The notes beneath the pieces were generated by a model that was not told where the DNA came from, did not search any database, and worked only from the letters and a program-made list of their open reading frames with translations. Positions 41,970 through 49,752 of a stretch of DNA of 64,000 nucleotides are shown here, piece after piece. A program made the translations under genes and the position numbers. Source of the stretch: Planctomycetaceae bacterium (GTDB lineage: Bacteria > Planctomycetota > Planctomycetia > Planctomycetales > Planctomycetaceae); NCBI GenBank assembly GCA_041940305.1, contig JBGTSJ010000007.1:1-64000 (forward strand), read 5' to 3'. Position 1 is the stretch's first letter; every line of letters starts with the position of its first letter.

Positions 41970-42265
41970 GACGCCACATGTTCAAACTGCAGAACGCGGT
42001 TCTTTCCCGGCACCAGCTTCAGCCCCCGCGGTATCCCCGCGTGCGCCTCCTGGTATTGATGCCCCCGATGCCACGACTGGAAGTGCTGTTCCGTTTCCCA
42101 GAATGTCATCAGCCAGAACGCCGCCGGCTCATCCCGCGGACAGAGCACCTCCATCCGCACGAACCCCGGCGCGGAGTCCACCAGATGCGGCCGGCGCCGA
42201 AACGCCTCCCTCACCTCCCCCTCCATTCCGTTTGCCACGGTGAACTGACTGATCGCAACGAACAT
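41966..42265 (-). CDS. ABM (antibiotic-biosynthesis-monooxygenase / haem-degrading IsdG-like) domain protein
   Basis: 99 aa, MFVAISQFTVANGMEGEVREAFRRRPHLVDSAPGFVRMEVLCP...FWLMTFWETEQHFQSWHRGHQYQEAH. Its stop overlaps the start of the B12-binding gene. Confidence 0.62.
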   Translation of the reverse strand: MFVAISQFTVANGMEGEVREAFRRRPHLVDSAPGFVRMEVLCPRDEPAAFWLMTFWETEQHFQSWHRGHQYQEAHAGIPRGLKLVPGKNRVLQFEHVAS

Positions 42266-42765
42266 CCAAATCCCACAACAGTGAGCGTGCCACTCCGATT
42301 TGCCAGTAAAACAGAGTATCAAAGCCCGCGACCCCTTCCAACAAGGCTGATTCGTCGTCCCAGGGCAACCAACTTCGGCCAGCGTTGCCCTGCTTATTCC
42401 GGATCAGTCTCGGTTGACAAATCACCGTCCGCCGCCCCTGAGATCGGGCAAGCAGGCCACCGGCCTGGACGCCCGGATTCAGTCATCCTGGGGCGTATTC
42501 GATACGGGAGCAGTTGCTCAGCGCCCCGACGGGGAAAGCCGTCGCACGGGACACGTAACCCGGCGTTGCTGCGCTTGCCGATTGATTTCGGGCTGAGGCG
42601 CCGTCGCGACCATTCCGATCGCCAATGTCGACCGCTCCCGGAATGCGGTGATGGTCAGCGCGATGTCGAGACCGGCCTCAGGCGCTCGGCGACGGGTCGA
42701 CAGTGGCCTGCCACCGCGATGGGCTCCACCGTGCCAGGGAAGTCGTGTCAGCGTACGATTGTGGC

Positions 42766-43674
42766 ATGTCCGAGTCCCATCGCAGTCCCGTCCGGCACTT
42801 CGACGAACTGGACCGCATTCCACTTCTCCTCGACGGTCCCACCGGCACCGAACTCTCTCGCCGCGGCTACGACGTCAACGTCCCGGGCTGGTCCGCTTCC
42901 GCGCTCGTTCACGCAGCGGAACTCCTCCGCTCCATCCACGCCGACTACGTCGCCGCCGGGGCGGCACTGATCACCGCGAACACCTTCCGCACCCACGCCC
43001 GCAACGTGGAACAGGCTGCACTCGGGCAGTCGGCAGCCGAACTGACCAACCACGCCGTCCGGCTGGCCCGCGAGGCCGCCGGCGGCCGCGCCCTCATCGC
43101 CGGTTCCCAGGCCCCGTTGGAGGATTGCTACTCCCCGCACCTCGTGCCGCCCGACTCAGAGCTGCGCGGCGAACACCGTTCTCACGCCCATAATCTCGCT
43201 GCGGCTGGAGCGGACCTGATCCTCATCGAAACCATGAGCACCATCCGCGAAGCCGTCGCCGCCTCCGAGGCCGCGCGGGAAACCGGGCTCCCGTTCTTCG
43301 TCAGCTTCGTCTGCCGCGCCGACCCCGCCGGACGCCTCCTCTCCGGCGAATCCCTCGCCGACGCCGCGCGGGCCATCCTCCCCCACGGCCCTACCGCCCT
43401 CCTCATCAACTGCCTCCCCGCTCCCGCCGCTGCTCAGCTCCTCCCCCAACTCCGCGCCGCGGCTCCCGATCTCCCGCTCGGCGTCTATGCCAACACCGCC
43501 CAACTCCAACCCGACGGCCGCTGGACCGACACCCCCGCCACCGATCCAGCCATCTACGCCCGCCACGCTGCCGACTGGCTCGCCGCCGGCGCCAAAATCA
43601 TCGGAGGCTGCTGCGGCGCCACTCCCGCCCACATCGCGGCGCTCGCTGACCAACCTCGTCAGCTGCGGACCTAA
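42766..43674 (+). CDS. mmuM: Homocysteine S-methyltransferase (Pfam S-methyl_trans)
   Basis: ...LLLDGPTGTELSRRGY..., a C-terminal GGCCG Zn/Hcy-binding motif (KIIGGCCGATPAHIAAL) and about 303 aa. Start at ATG 42766 (MSESHRSP). Confidence 0.78.
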   Translation: MSESHRSPVRHFDELDRIPLLLDGPTGTELSRRGYDVNVPGWSASALVHAAELLRSIHADYVAAGAALITANTFRTHARNVEQAALGQSAAELTNHAVRLAREAAGGRALIAGSQAPLEDCYSPHLVPPDSELRGEHRSHAHNLAAAGADLILIETMSTIREAVAASEAARETGLPFFVSFVCRADPAGRLLSGESLADAARAILPHGPTALLINCLPAPAAAQLLPQLRAAAPDLPLGVYANTAQLQPDGRWTDTPATDPAIYARHAADWLAAGAKIIGGCCGATPAHIAALADQPRQLRT

Positions 43675-43897
43675 GAGATAGCATCGGTGCCTCTCCAAGG
43701 TGAGCTGTGATGCCTTGTCCCGAAGAACCAGACGAACGGAGATCGAAGCGACAGCCGGAACTGGGTTGGTACCACGTCATTAATCTGCTGCTCTGCGTGC
43801 TCGCGCGACGCGATCATCGCCGGTTCTGCGTCGCCAAGGCTGATACAGCCGTGCCCCCTCGTCTCTTCTCGCGTCTTTGAGCCTCAGCGACCTGGCG

Positions 43898-43922
43898 TCG
43901 CTCTTCCCCTCTCCCCTCTGCA
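43898..43922. repeat. Solo C-rich half-site resembling a family-2 arm
   Basis: TCTTCCCCTCTCCCCTCTGCACCC, with no G-rich partner nearby. Confidence 0.4.
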
Positions 43923-44217
43923 CCCAATTCGCGCACACCACCGCGCAACTCCCCCTAATCAGGTAGACCGCCAGATCGGCCACCGGAGCCGCGCGATGCC
44001 TGATCTCCCACTGACCAGTTTCTCACAAACTGGCGGCAACTTTGCGAAAACTTATCACCAACCTGGCCACCCCCCCCACACCCCGCGCAAGTTGAAAAGT
44101 GGAAAGTTGCCCAACCCCCAGGCACTTCGCCACGCAACCGGACGCCCCGAATTCCCCCAACTTTTGATTTCGTTGTACGAACTTCCAATACGGGATAGAC
44201 TTCATGCGTAATCTCCG

Positions 44218-45924
44218 ATGAAAATGGGCAACAACCGGGCGCGGAGACCGTCCGCGCCGGCTTCCACTTGCCTGCAAGACGGGACGGCTGTCATGAGCGA
44301 GTTCCCCCAGTCGCAGCGGCTGCTTCAGCGGGTCATCTGGCGGATGTACGCCGTGCGGCTTGCCCGGCGCGTGTTCGTGTGGTTCGTCGTGGCGGCCACG
44401 CTGTATGCGATCGCGCTGCTCACCGCCCGGCTGACCGGGTTGATCACGGACGTTTTCGCGCCCGAGACGCTGTGGTTCATCCCCGCGGCCGCGGTGGTGC
44501 TGGGACTGCTCTCGACCCGCCGCCCGAGCCTGGAAGACGCGGCCCGCCGTACTGATACCGGCCAGGGAACGAAGGACCTGTTCCTCACGCTGACGATGCT
44601 TGACCGGTGCGCGGGCGAGTACAAGCCGCTGGTGGGCCGCGATGCCGAGCAGCGTGCCAAGGCACTGCACGCCGAGCAGGTTGTTCCGTTCGACTGGCAG
44701 AAGCCGTCGCTGCTGGGAGGGGTCGTTGCGCCGGCGACCATCGGCCTGCTGGCGCTGGGGATCTTCTTCCTGCCGTCGCTCGATCCGTTCGCGGTCCAGG
44801 CGCAGGCGAAAGAGGAAGCGACGCGCGCCGAGCGGCTGGCCGAGTCCCGCAAGGAGACGGAGGTCCGCCGCGCCCAGCTGACGCAGCGCAAGGAAACCGA
44901 CGACGAGAACTCGGAAGAGGTCGCGCAGGCGCTGGAGCGGCTGCAGGCGGACTTCCGCAAGATGCGCAAGGACCAGAAGATCCCCAACGCCGAGCGGCTG
45001 GCCGTGAATCAGAAGGACCTTGGCGAGAAGTGGCGGAAGCTCAACGCCGAGCAGCTCAAGCAGCTGATGAACTCGGAGAACCTCGACCAGCGGTTTGGCG
45101 GCGAGGACGCCGAGCAGTTCCGCGAATGGCAGAAGGAGCTGCAGCAGGGTTCGGCGGACGCGCTGGAGCAGGCGATGGAGGAACTGAAGGAAGACCTGCA
45201 GCAGCTGGCGAAGACGGATGATCCGGTCGAGCGCAGCGAGATGAAGCGGAAGATCGAGAAGCAGCTGCGCGAGATGTCGGAGTTCGCGGCGAACGAGGCC
45301 GGTTCGCCGCAGCTGGCGGCCGCGCTGCAGCGGGCGATGGACCAGATGGAGGCCATGCAGAACAGCGAATCCGAAGCGCTGGAGGCGGAAGCGCTGGCGG
45401 CGATCCAGGAGTCGATGGAGCTGGCGCAGATGGAGGCGCAGGAACTGGCTCAGGCCGCGCGCGACCTCCAGTCGCTGGAGGAGGCCCTCAATCTGATCAG
45501 CATGGCCAAGCAGCTGAACGCTGAGGAGATGCTGGACGGGGAGAGCGCCGAGGCCGCACAGTCACTGGCCGATTACGCCGAGATGTATGCGCAGATGATG
45601 GCCGACATGCAGGGGATGGGCGAACTCGGCGGCGAAGGATTCGGCGAGGGGGGCGAGGCGCCGGAGGATGAAACGGTCGAGACCGAGTTCGTCGACGAGA
45701 CTTCGAAGTCGGCGATTCAGAAGGGGAAGATCCTGCTGTCGATGAAGACGAAGGGGCTCAGCGACACGGGAGAGGCGGTGAAGGAGTACCGGGACGCCAT
45801 TGAAGACGTGAAGCAGGGAGCGGCCGAGGCCATCGAGCAGGAGGAAATTCCTCCCGGGTACATCGAGGCGATCCAGAAGTACTTCGACAAGATCGAGACC
45901 GTTGATGCCGCCGAGCCGCAGTAG
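44218..45924 (+). CDS. Membrane-anchored coiled-coil protein of unknown function
   Basis: Two N-terminal TM helices (VFVWFVVAATLYAIALLTARL and WFIPAAAVVLGLLST). A long E/Q/A/K-rich coiled coil follows, then an acidic C-terminus. Confidence 0.6.
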   Translation: MKMGNNRARRPSAPASTCLQDGTAVMSEFPQSQRLLQRVIWRMYAVRLARRVFVWFVVAATLYAIALLTARLTGLITDVFAPETLWFIPAAAVVLGLLSTRRPSLEDAARRTDTGQGTKDLFLTLTMLDRCAGEYKPLVGRDAEQRAKALHAEQVVPFDWQKPSLLGGVVAPATIGLLALGIFFLPSLDPFAVQAQAKEEATRAERLAESRKETEVRRAQLTQRKETDDENSEEVAQALERLQADFRKMRKDQKIPNAERLAVNQKDLGEKWRKLNAEQLKQLMNSENLDQRFGGEDAEQFREWQKELQQGSADALEQAMEELKEDLQQLAKTDDPVERSEMKRKIEKQLREMSEFAANEAGSPQLAAALQRAMDQMEAMQNSESEALEAEALAAIQESMELAQMEAQELAQAARDLQSLEEALNLISMAKQLNAEEMLDGESAEAAQSLADYAEMYAQMMADMQGMGELGGEGFGEGGEAPEDETVETEFVDETSKSAIQKGKILLSMKTKGLSDTGEAVKEYRDAIEDVKQGAAEAIEQEEIPPGYIEAIQKYFDKIETVDAAEPQ

Positions 45925-45965
45925 GGGCCGCGGATGACGCGGATCGGGGGGATTGACGCAGATCT
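45925..45965. repeat. Family-1 half-copy F (left arm only)
   Basis: GGGGCCGCGGATGACGCGGATCGGGGGGATTGACGCAGATC, located directly after the stop of the coiled-coil gene. No recognisable right arm is present. Confidence 0.8.
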
Positions 45966-46014
45966 GGACAGGGCGGCACGCGGGGACGCGGGTGACCGGC
46001 AGATCGTGGGGATC

Positions 46015-47049
46015 ATGAGGGCTCCGATTTCGCCCGGCCGGATATGGCCGTGCTGCATCCTGCTGGCCGCAGTTCTCGCCGTGGGCTGTCCCGGGTCGGG
46101 GCCGGAGGGGGACCCTCTGGTCGTGTACTGCTCGCACGACTCGATCTACTCGGAAGAGGTGCTGCGGCGGTTTGAGGAGGAGACCGGGGTGCCGGTGTCG
46201 GTGAAGTTCGACACCGAAGCGACCAAGTCGCTGGGGCTGGTCAATCTCCTCATCGCGGAGAAGCAGAACCCGCGGTGCGATGTGTTCTGGAACAACCAGT
46301 CGCAGAGCACCGTGCAGCTGGAAGATGAGGGAGTGCTGCTCCCCTATACCGGTTCCGGTTACGAGCGGATCCCGGGTTCGTTCAAGGATTCGGAAGGACA
46401 CTGGGCGGGGTTCGGAGCGCGGCTGCGGGTGTTTATCGTCAACACCGACAACATGGAGCCGAGCGAGGAGGCGATCGCCGAGCGGCTGGCAGCCGACGAT
46501 CTGTCCCGAGTCGCGATGGCGAAGCCGCTGTACGGCACCACGCTGACCCAGTATGCGGTGCACTGGCATCAATGGGGGCCCGAGAGGGTGCAGGAGTGGC
46601 ATCGGGACTTGCGGGCGCGCGGCCTGCGGGAGGCGAGCGGCAACGGGCAGGTCAAGGACTTGGTCGCGGCGGGCGTGTGCGACTTCGGCTGGACCGACAC
46701 TGACGACTTCTACGTCGCGGAGGACGCCGGGATGCCGGTGGCCATGGTGCCGGTCCGCGTCGACGGCGGCGCGACGATCTCCATTCCGAACACGGTCGCG
46801 CTGATCCACGGATCGAGCATCGTCGAGCAGGCGCAGCAGCTGGCGGATTATCTGCTGTCTGCGGAGAACGAGCTGGCGCTGTCGCGCTCGAAGGCGCGGC
46901 AGATCCCGCTGGGGCCGGTGGACGAGTCGCAGCTGCCGGACGACGTGCGGCAGCTTAAGGAATGGGCGGCGGACGGGTATGATCTGAACCAGCTCGCGGC
47001 GGCGCACCGCGAGTGTCTCGACTGGCTGAAGACGGAGTACCTGGAGTGA
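46015..47049 (+). CDS. ABC transporter periplasmic substrate-binding lipoprotein, Fe3+/FbpA-AfuA-type family
   Basis: Lipobox CCILLAAVLAVGCPGS. SBP core LVVYCSHDSIYSEEVLRRFEEETGVPVSVKFD...GLVNLLIAE...DVFWNN. Confidence 0.78.
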   Translation: MRAPISPGRIWPCCILLAAVLAVGCPGSGPEGDPLVVYCSHDSIYSEEVLRRFEEETGVPVSVKFDTEATKSLGLVNLLIAEKQNPRCDVFWNNQSQSTVQLEDEGVLLPYTGSGYERIPGSFKDSEGHWAGFGARLRVFIVNTDNMEPSEEAIAERLAADDLSRVAMAKPLYGTTLTQYAVHWHQWGPERVQEWHRDLRARGLREASGNGQVKDLVAAGVCDFGWTDTDDFYVAEDAGMPVAMVPVRVDGGATISIPNTVALIHGSSIVEQAQQLADYLLSAENELALSRSKARQIPLGPVDESQLPDDVRQLKEWAADGYDLNQLAAAHRECLDWLKTEYLE

Positions 47050-48650
47050 GCCTGACGGCGGCCTGCGGTTGGACGCTCTGCCGCGCCGTGCTGGTCGCTC
47101 TCCTCGTCCTGCCCGCGGCCTGGGGACTGCGCAGCCGGCTGGACGGCATGCGTCCCGGACAGCGCACGCTCCTCTGGACGCTGCTGCTGACGGCGTTCTT
47201 CACTCCGGCCCTGCTGACCGGCTACGCCTACTCCAAGTGGTCGCTGGCGCTGATCCGCTATCCGCTGTGGAACGAAGCGCTGTACGCCGCCCTGCTCACG
47301 TTCCGGCTGATCCCTGTGGGCGGCATCATTCTGCAGTTCTGCCCCCCGCCGCCGCTTTCGCCGGAGGGACTGCACTGCGCGCGGCTGGCGGCGGAGCGAA
47401 GCGGCGGTCCGGTCCGGCTGCGGTTTCTGCTGCCGTTCGCGATGCGGGGCGAGATGCGGAATGCGCTGCCGGTGTTCTGCGTGGTGTGGCTGCTGGCGTT
47501 CCAGGAGTTCGAGACGGCGTCGCTGATGGGGACGGCATCGTGGACGGTCTGGCTATTCGATGCACAGGCCGGCGGGATCATCCTCGGAGAGTCGCTGGAC
47601 CGAGCACTGTTGCCGATGGCGTGCCAGCTGCTGGTGATTGGATTGTTCGCCGTGTTTGCACTGCAAAGCCGCCGGCTGCCGTCGGCGCGGCGGCGGGAAC
47701 CGGGGAGAGTGTCGCCGCTGCGGGACGCCGCGGCCTGGGGGGTCGCGGTCGCGGCGGCGGCCGTGGCGACCTTCATTCCCCTGATGCTCCTCGGGCGGGA
47801 TGCCGTACAGGGGATCTCCGGGATGTTGCGAAGCCGGGAGATGGTCCGTGAGATCGGGATTGCCGGGGCGTTTGGACTGGTCTCGGGACTGGCGGCGGCG
47901 GCACTGGCGTACGGAGTGCGGCGGGGAATGGATCGAGTGCGGGGGGCGCGAGCGACGGTTGGCGATGATGGCCTTCAGGTTGATCGCGGAGCGAAGACTG
48001 AAATGGCCCCTCAACCCCGGCCCCTCTCCCCGCATGAGGCGGCGTGGGGTGGCACGCTTGGCAGCGGGGAGAGGGGGGAAGCGAACGGAACGCGTTCTCT
48101 GCGGAACGCCGGGCCGGGATGGATCATGGCGTGTGTGGGGCTGGCGGCGATGCTGCCGGGTCTGCTGGGATCGCTGGTGGTGAGCCTGGTGGTGTTGCGG
48201 GCGTTCCAGTGGCCGGTGCTCAACACGTTGTACGACACGCCGCTCCCGGCCGTGGTGGCGCTGGTGTGGTACCTGCTGCCGCGTGCGGTGCTGCTGCAGC
48301 TACTGTTCGGCGCGCTCAGCCGGCAGTCGAATGCGCATGCGGCGGCGCTGCTGGCGCACTCGGCTTCGGTTCATCAGCGACGGGCCGGGGGGGAACTCGT
48401 CTGGCGATTGCGGTGGCGATACCAGTTCCTCGCGGCGGGGATCCTGTGCGTGTGGGGTTATCTGGAACTGACGCCGGTGGCGATCCTCGCGCCGCCCGGC
48501 ATGACGTCTGCGCCCGTGCGGCTGTACAACCTGATGCACTATGGCCGCAGTTACGTGGTGGCGGCGATGACGCTCGTCGCGATGGCGGTGCCGCCGGCGG
48601 TGCTGGTGGCGGCGGGAGGGGTCAGGCGGGTGTGGGCGGCAGTGCGGTGA
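47046..48650 (+). CDS. ABC transporter permease with two fused transmembrane domains, FbpB-like
   Basis: The GTG start overlaps the SBP stop (GTGA). About 12 TM segments in two halves. A 72-bp family-2 palindrome is in-frame in the inter-domain loop at 48007-48078. Confidence 0.78.
   Translation: MSLTAACGWTLCRAVLVALLVLPAAWGLRSRLDGMRPGQRTLLWTLLLTAFFTPALLTGYAYSKWSLALIRYPLWNEALYAALLTFRLIPVGGIILQFCPPPPLSPEGLHCARLAAERSGGPVRLRFLLPFAMRGEMRNALPVFCVVWLLAFQEFETASLMGTASWTVWLFDAQAGGIILGESLDRALLPMACQLLVIGLFAVFALQSRRLPSARRREPGRVSPLRDAAAWGVAVAAAAVATFIPLMLLGRDAVQGISGMLRSREMVREIGIAGAFGLVSGLAAAALAYGVRRGMDRVRGARATVGDDGLQVDRGAKTEMAPQPRPLSPHEAAWGGTLGSGERGEANGTRSLRNAGPGWIMACVGLAAMLPGLLGSLVVSLVVLRAFQWPVLNTLYDTPLPAVVALVWYLLPRAVLLQLLFGALSRQSNAHAAALLAHSASVHQRRAGGELVWRLRWRYQFLAAGILCVWGYLELTPVAILAPPGMTSAPVRLYNLMHYGRSYVVAAMTLVAMAVPPAVLVAAGGVRRVWAAVR
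48007..48078. repeat. Family-2 palindromic element P1, in-frame inside the ABC permease inter-domain loop
   Basis: CCCCTCAACCCCGGCCCCTCTCCCC-(35 bp)-GGGGAGAGGGGGG. It encodes MAPQPRPLSPHEAAWGGTLGSGERGEANGT. Confidence 0.85.
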
Positions 48651-48814
48651 CGGCGGCCAGAGCGCTTTGCAGAACTGTGCTTCGTGTACCGCAGACGGTC
48701 CAGGTCCACGTTTGCACGTGCCAGTCCATTTGCCGGGGTTTCGGTGCCGAGCTTACCAACCAACGTATTTTGGTACAGCGGGGCGCGTGATGGCTGCTCG
48801 CCCGTGTAGGCGGG

Positions 48815-49192
48815 GTGTCGGCTTCGTCTTTCACGGGTTATATCGCCGGGCAGACGACGCCCTCCCAGCAGGCGGCCACCGGGGGATGCACGGCAATGAT
48901 GCGACTGCGGCTATCACTCTGGATCGCGCTCACGTTCATTCTGACGCCCACGATGTGCTTTATCGCGTGGTTAGTCGGGTATGGTCCCGGTGGTCTCCGC
49001 GAGTTTCGCAGCGGATACATGCTACCCGACCTGGTCTGGACGATGATCATCCTTGGTGTGATTAACTTCGTCAGCGTGTTCGCATCGGACACGCCCAAAG
49101 GCCAATTCATTGCAGTCTTTGCCGTGGGCGTGCCGTTCCTGCTCGCATTGCTTTACTGGTTCGGCATTGCAGCAGCCATCGCACACGTGTAG
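48815..49192 (+). CDS. Small hypothetical membrane protein
   Basis: 3 hydrophobic helices (LWIALTFILTPTMCFIAWLVG, WTMIILGVINFVSVF, AVFAVGVPFLLALLYWFGIAAAIA). The start is uncertain. Confidence 0.4.
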   Translation: MSASSFTGYIAGQTTPSQQAATGGCTAMMRLRLSLWIALTFILTPTMCFIAWLVGYGPGGLREFRSGYMLPDLVWTMIILGVINFVSVFASDTPKGQFIAVFAVGVPFLLALLYWFGIAAAIAHV

Positions 49193-49385
49193 TGCAGAAC
49201 ACAAAACGCAGGGCAGGCTGATGGGCCACCCGGCGTGCGTGGGTTATGGTGGTGGGCTGCGGGCTACTTGGGGAGCCTGTACCGGCCATCATCGTCCCGC
49301 ACGATGTGTCCAATGAACCGAGCTGATGTGCGCTGCGCCGCGTCGTTACCCGGCATGAATGCCGGGCCGACTACAGAAGGTGTCA

Positions 49386-49401
49386 CATGGAGATCTCCAT
49401 G
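49386..49401. promoter_or_regulatory. Perfect 16-bp palindrome CATGGAGATCTCCATG in a relatively AT-rich stretch upstream of the ABC ATPase gene
   Basis: Seen directly. It lies in the 560-bp gap between the small membrane ORF and the ABC ATPase. It is a candidate dimeric regulator site. Confidence 0.35.
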
Positions 49402-49539
49402 CATCGCCCGTATTGTCCATGCATAACGCCACAGACTGAACTGCGAACCGCTCCAGGAGGGGGGGAAAGCGATCCAACGGACGTGGGGGATGAGGCGTAG
49501 TGGTGGGAACGGGATTGGGGGCGCGGGCGGTGCGTTGTG

Positions 49540-49620
49540 CCCTCACCCCCGGCCCCTCTCCTGCGATGGTGCGGTACTGTCATTGACACTGTTCGCGCGG
49601 GAGAGGGGGGTACTTCATGC
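49540..49620. repeat. Family-2 palindromic element P2, intergenic
   Basis: CCCTCACCCCCGGCCCCTCTCC-(46 bp containing TTGACA)-GGGAGAGGGGGG, located upstream of the ABC ATPase gene. Confidence 0.85.
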
Positions 49621-49752
49621 GGCGGAATGGAGACTGGCGGGGGGTGGCGATACAATTCAGACACATTGTGTGAAATGCAGGATCGCCGGACGATTCCGTC
49701 CGCGTGCGGTCCGGCAGCGGCTGGGAGCGAACAGCGGAGTCGGGTCGCCTGA

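Noticed and set aside
42323-42765. Cobalamin riboswitch upstream of the homocysteine methyltransferase or next to the B12-binding operon
   Set aside because: I looked for B12-box elements (GCCACTG / GGGAA...GGTG). The only GCCAC-like match is on the wrong strand and the region lacks the conserved core.
43675-44217. ncRNA or small gene in the 540-bp gap before the coiled-coil gene
   Set aside because: There are only short hairpins (CCAGTTT-ctcaca-AAACTGG) and weak small ORFs. Nothing resembles tRNA, tmRNA, RNase P or 6S RNA.
45966-46014. Right arm for family-1 half-copy F
   Set aside because: The downstream sequence (GCGGGGACGCGGGTGACCGGCAGATCGTGGGG) only loosely echoes the arm and is not its reverse complement. 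It is treated as a solo arm.
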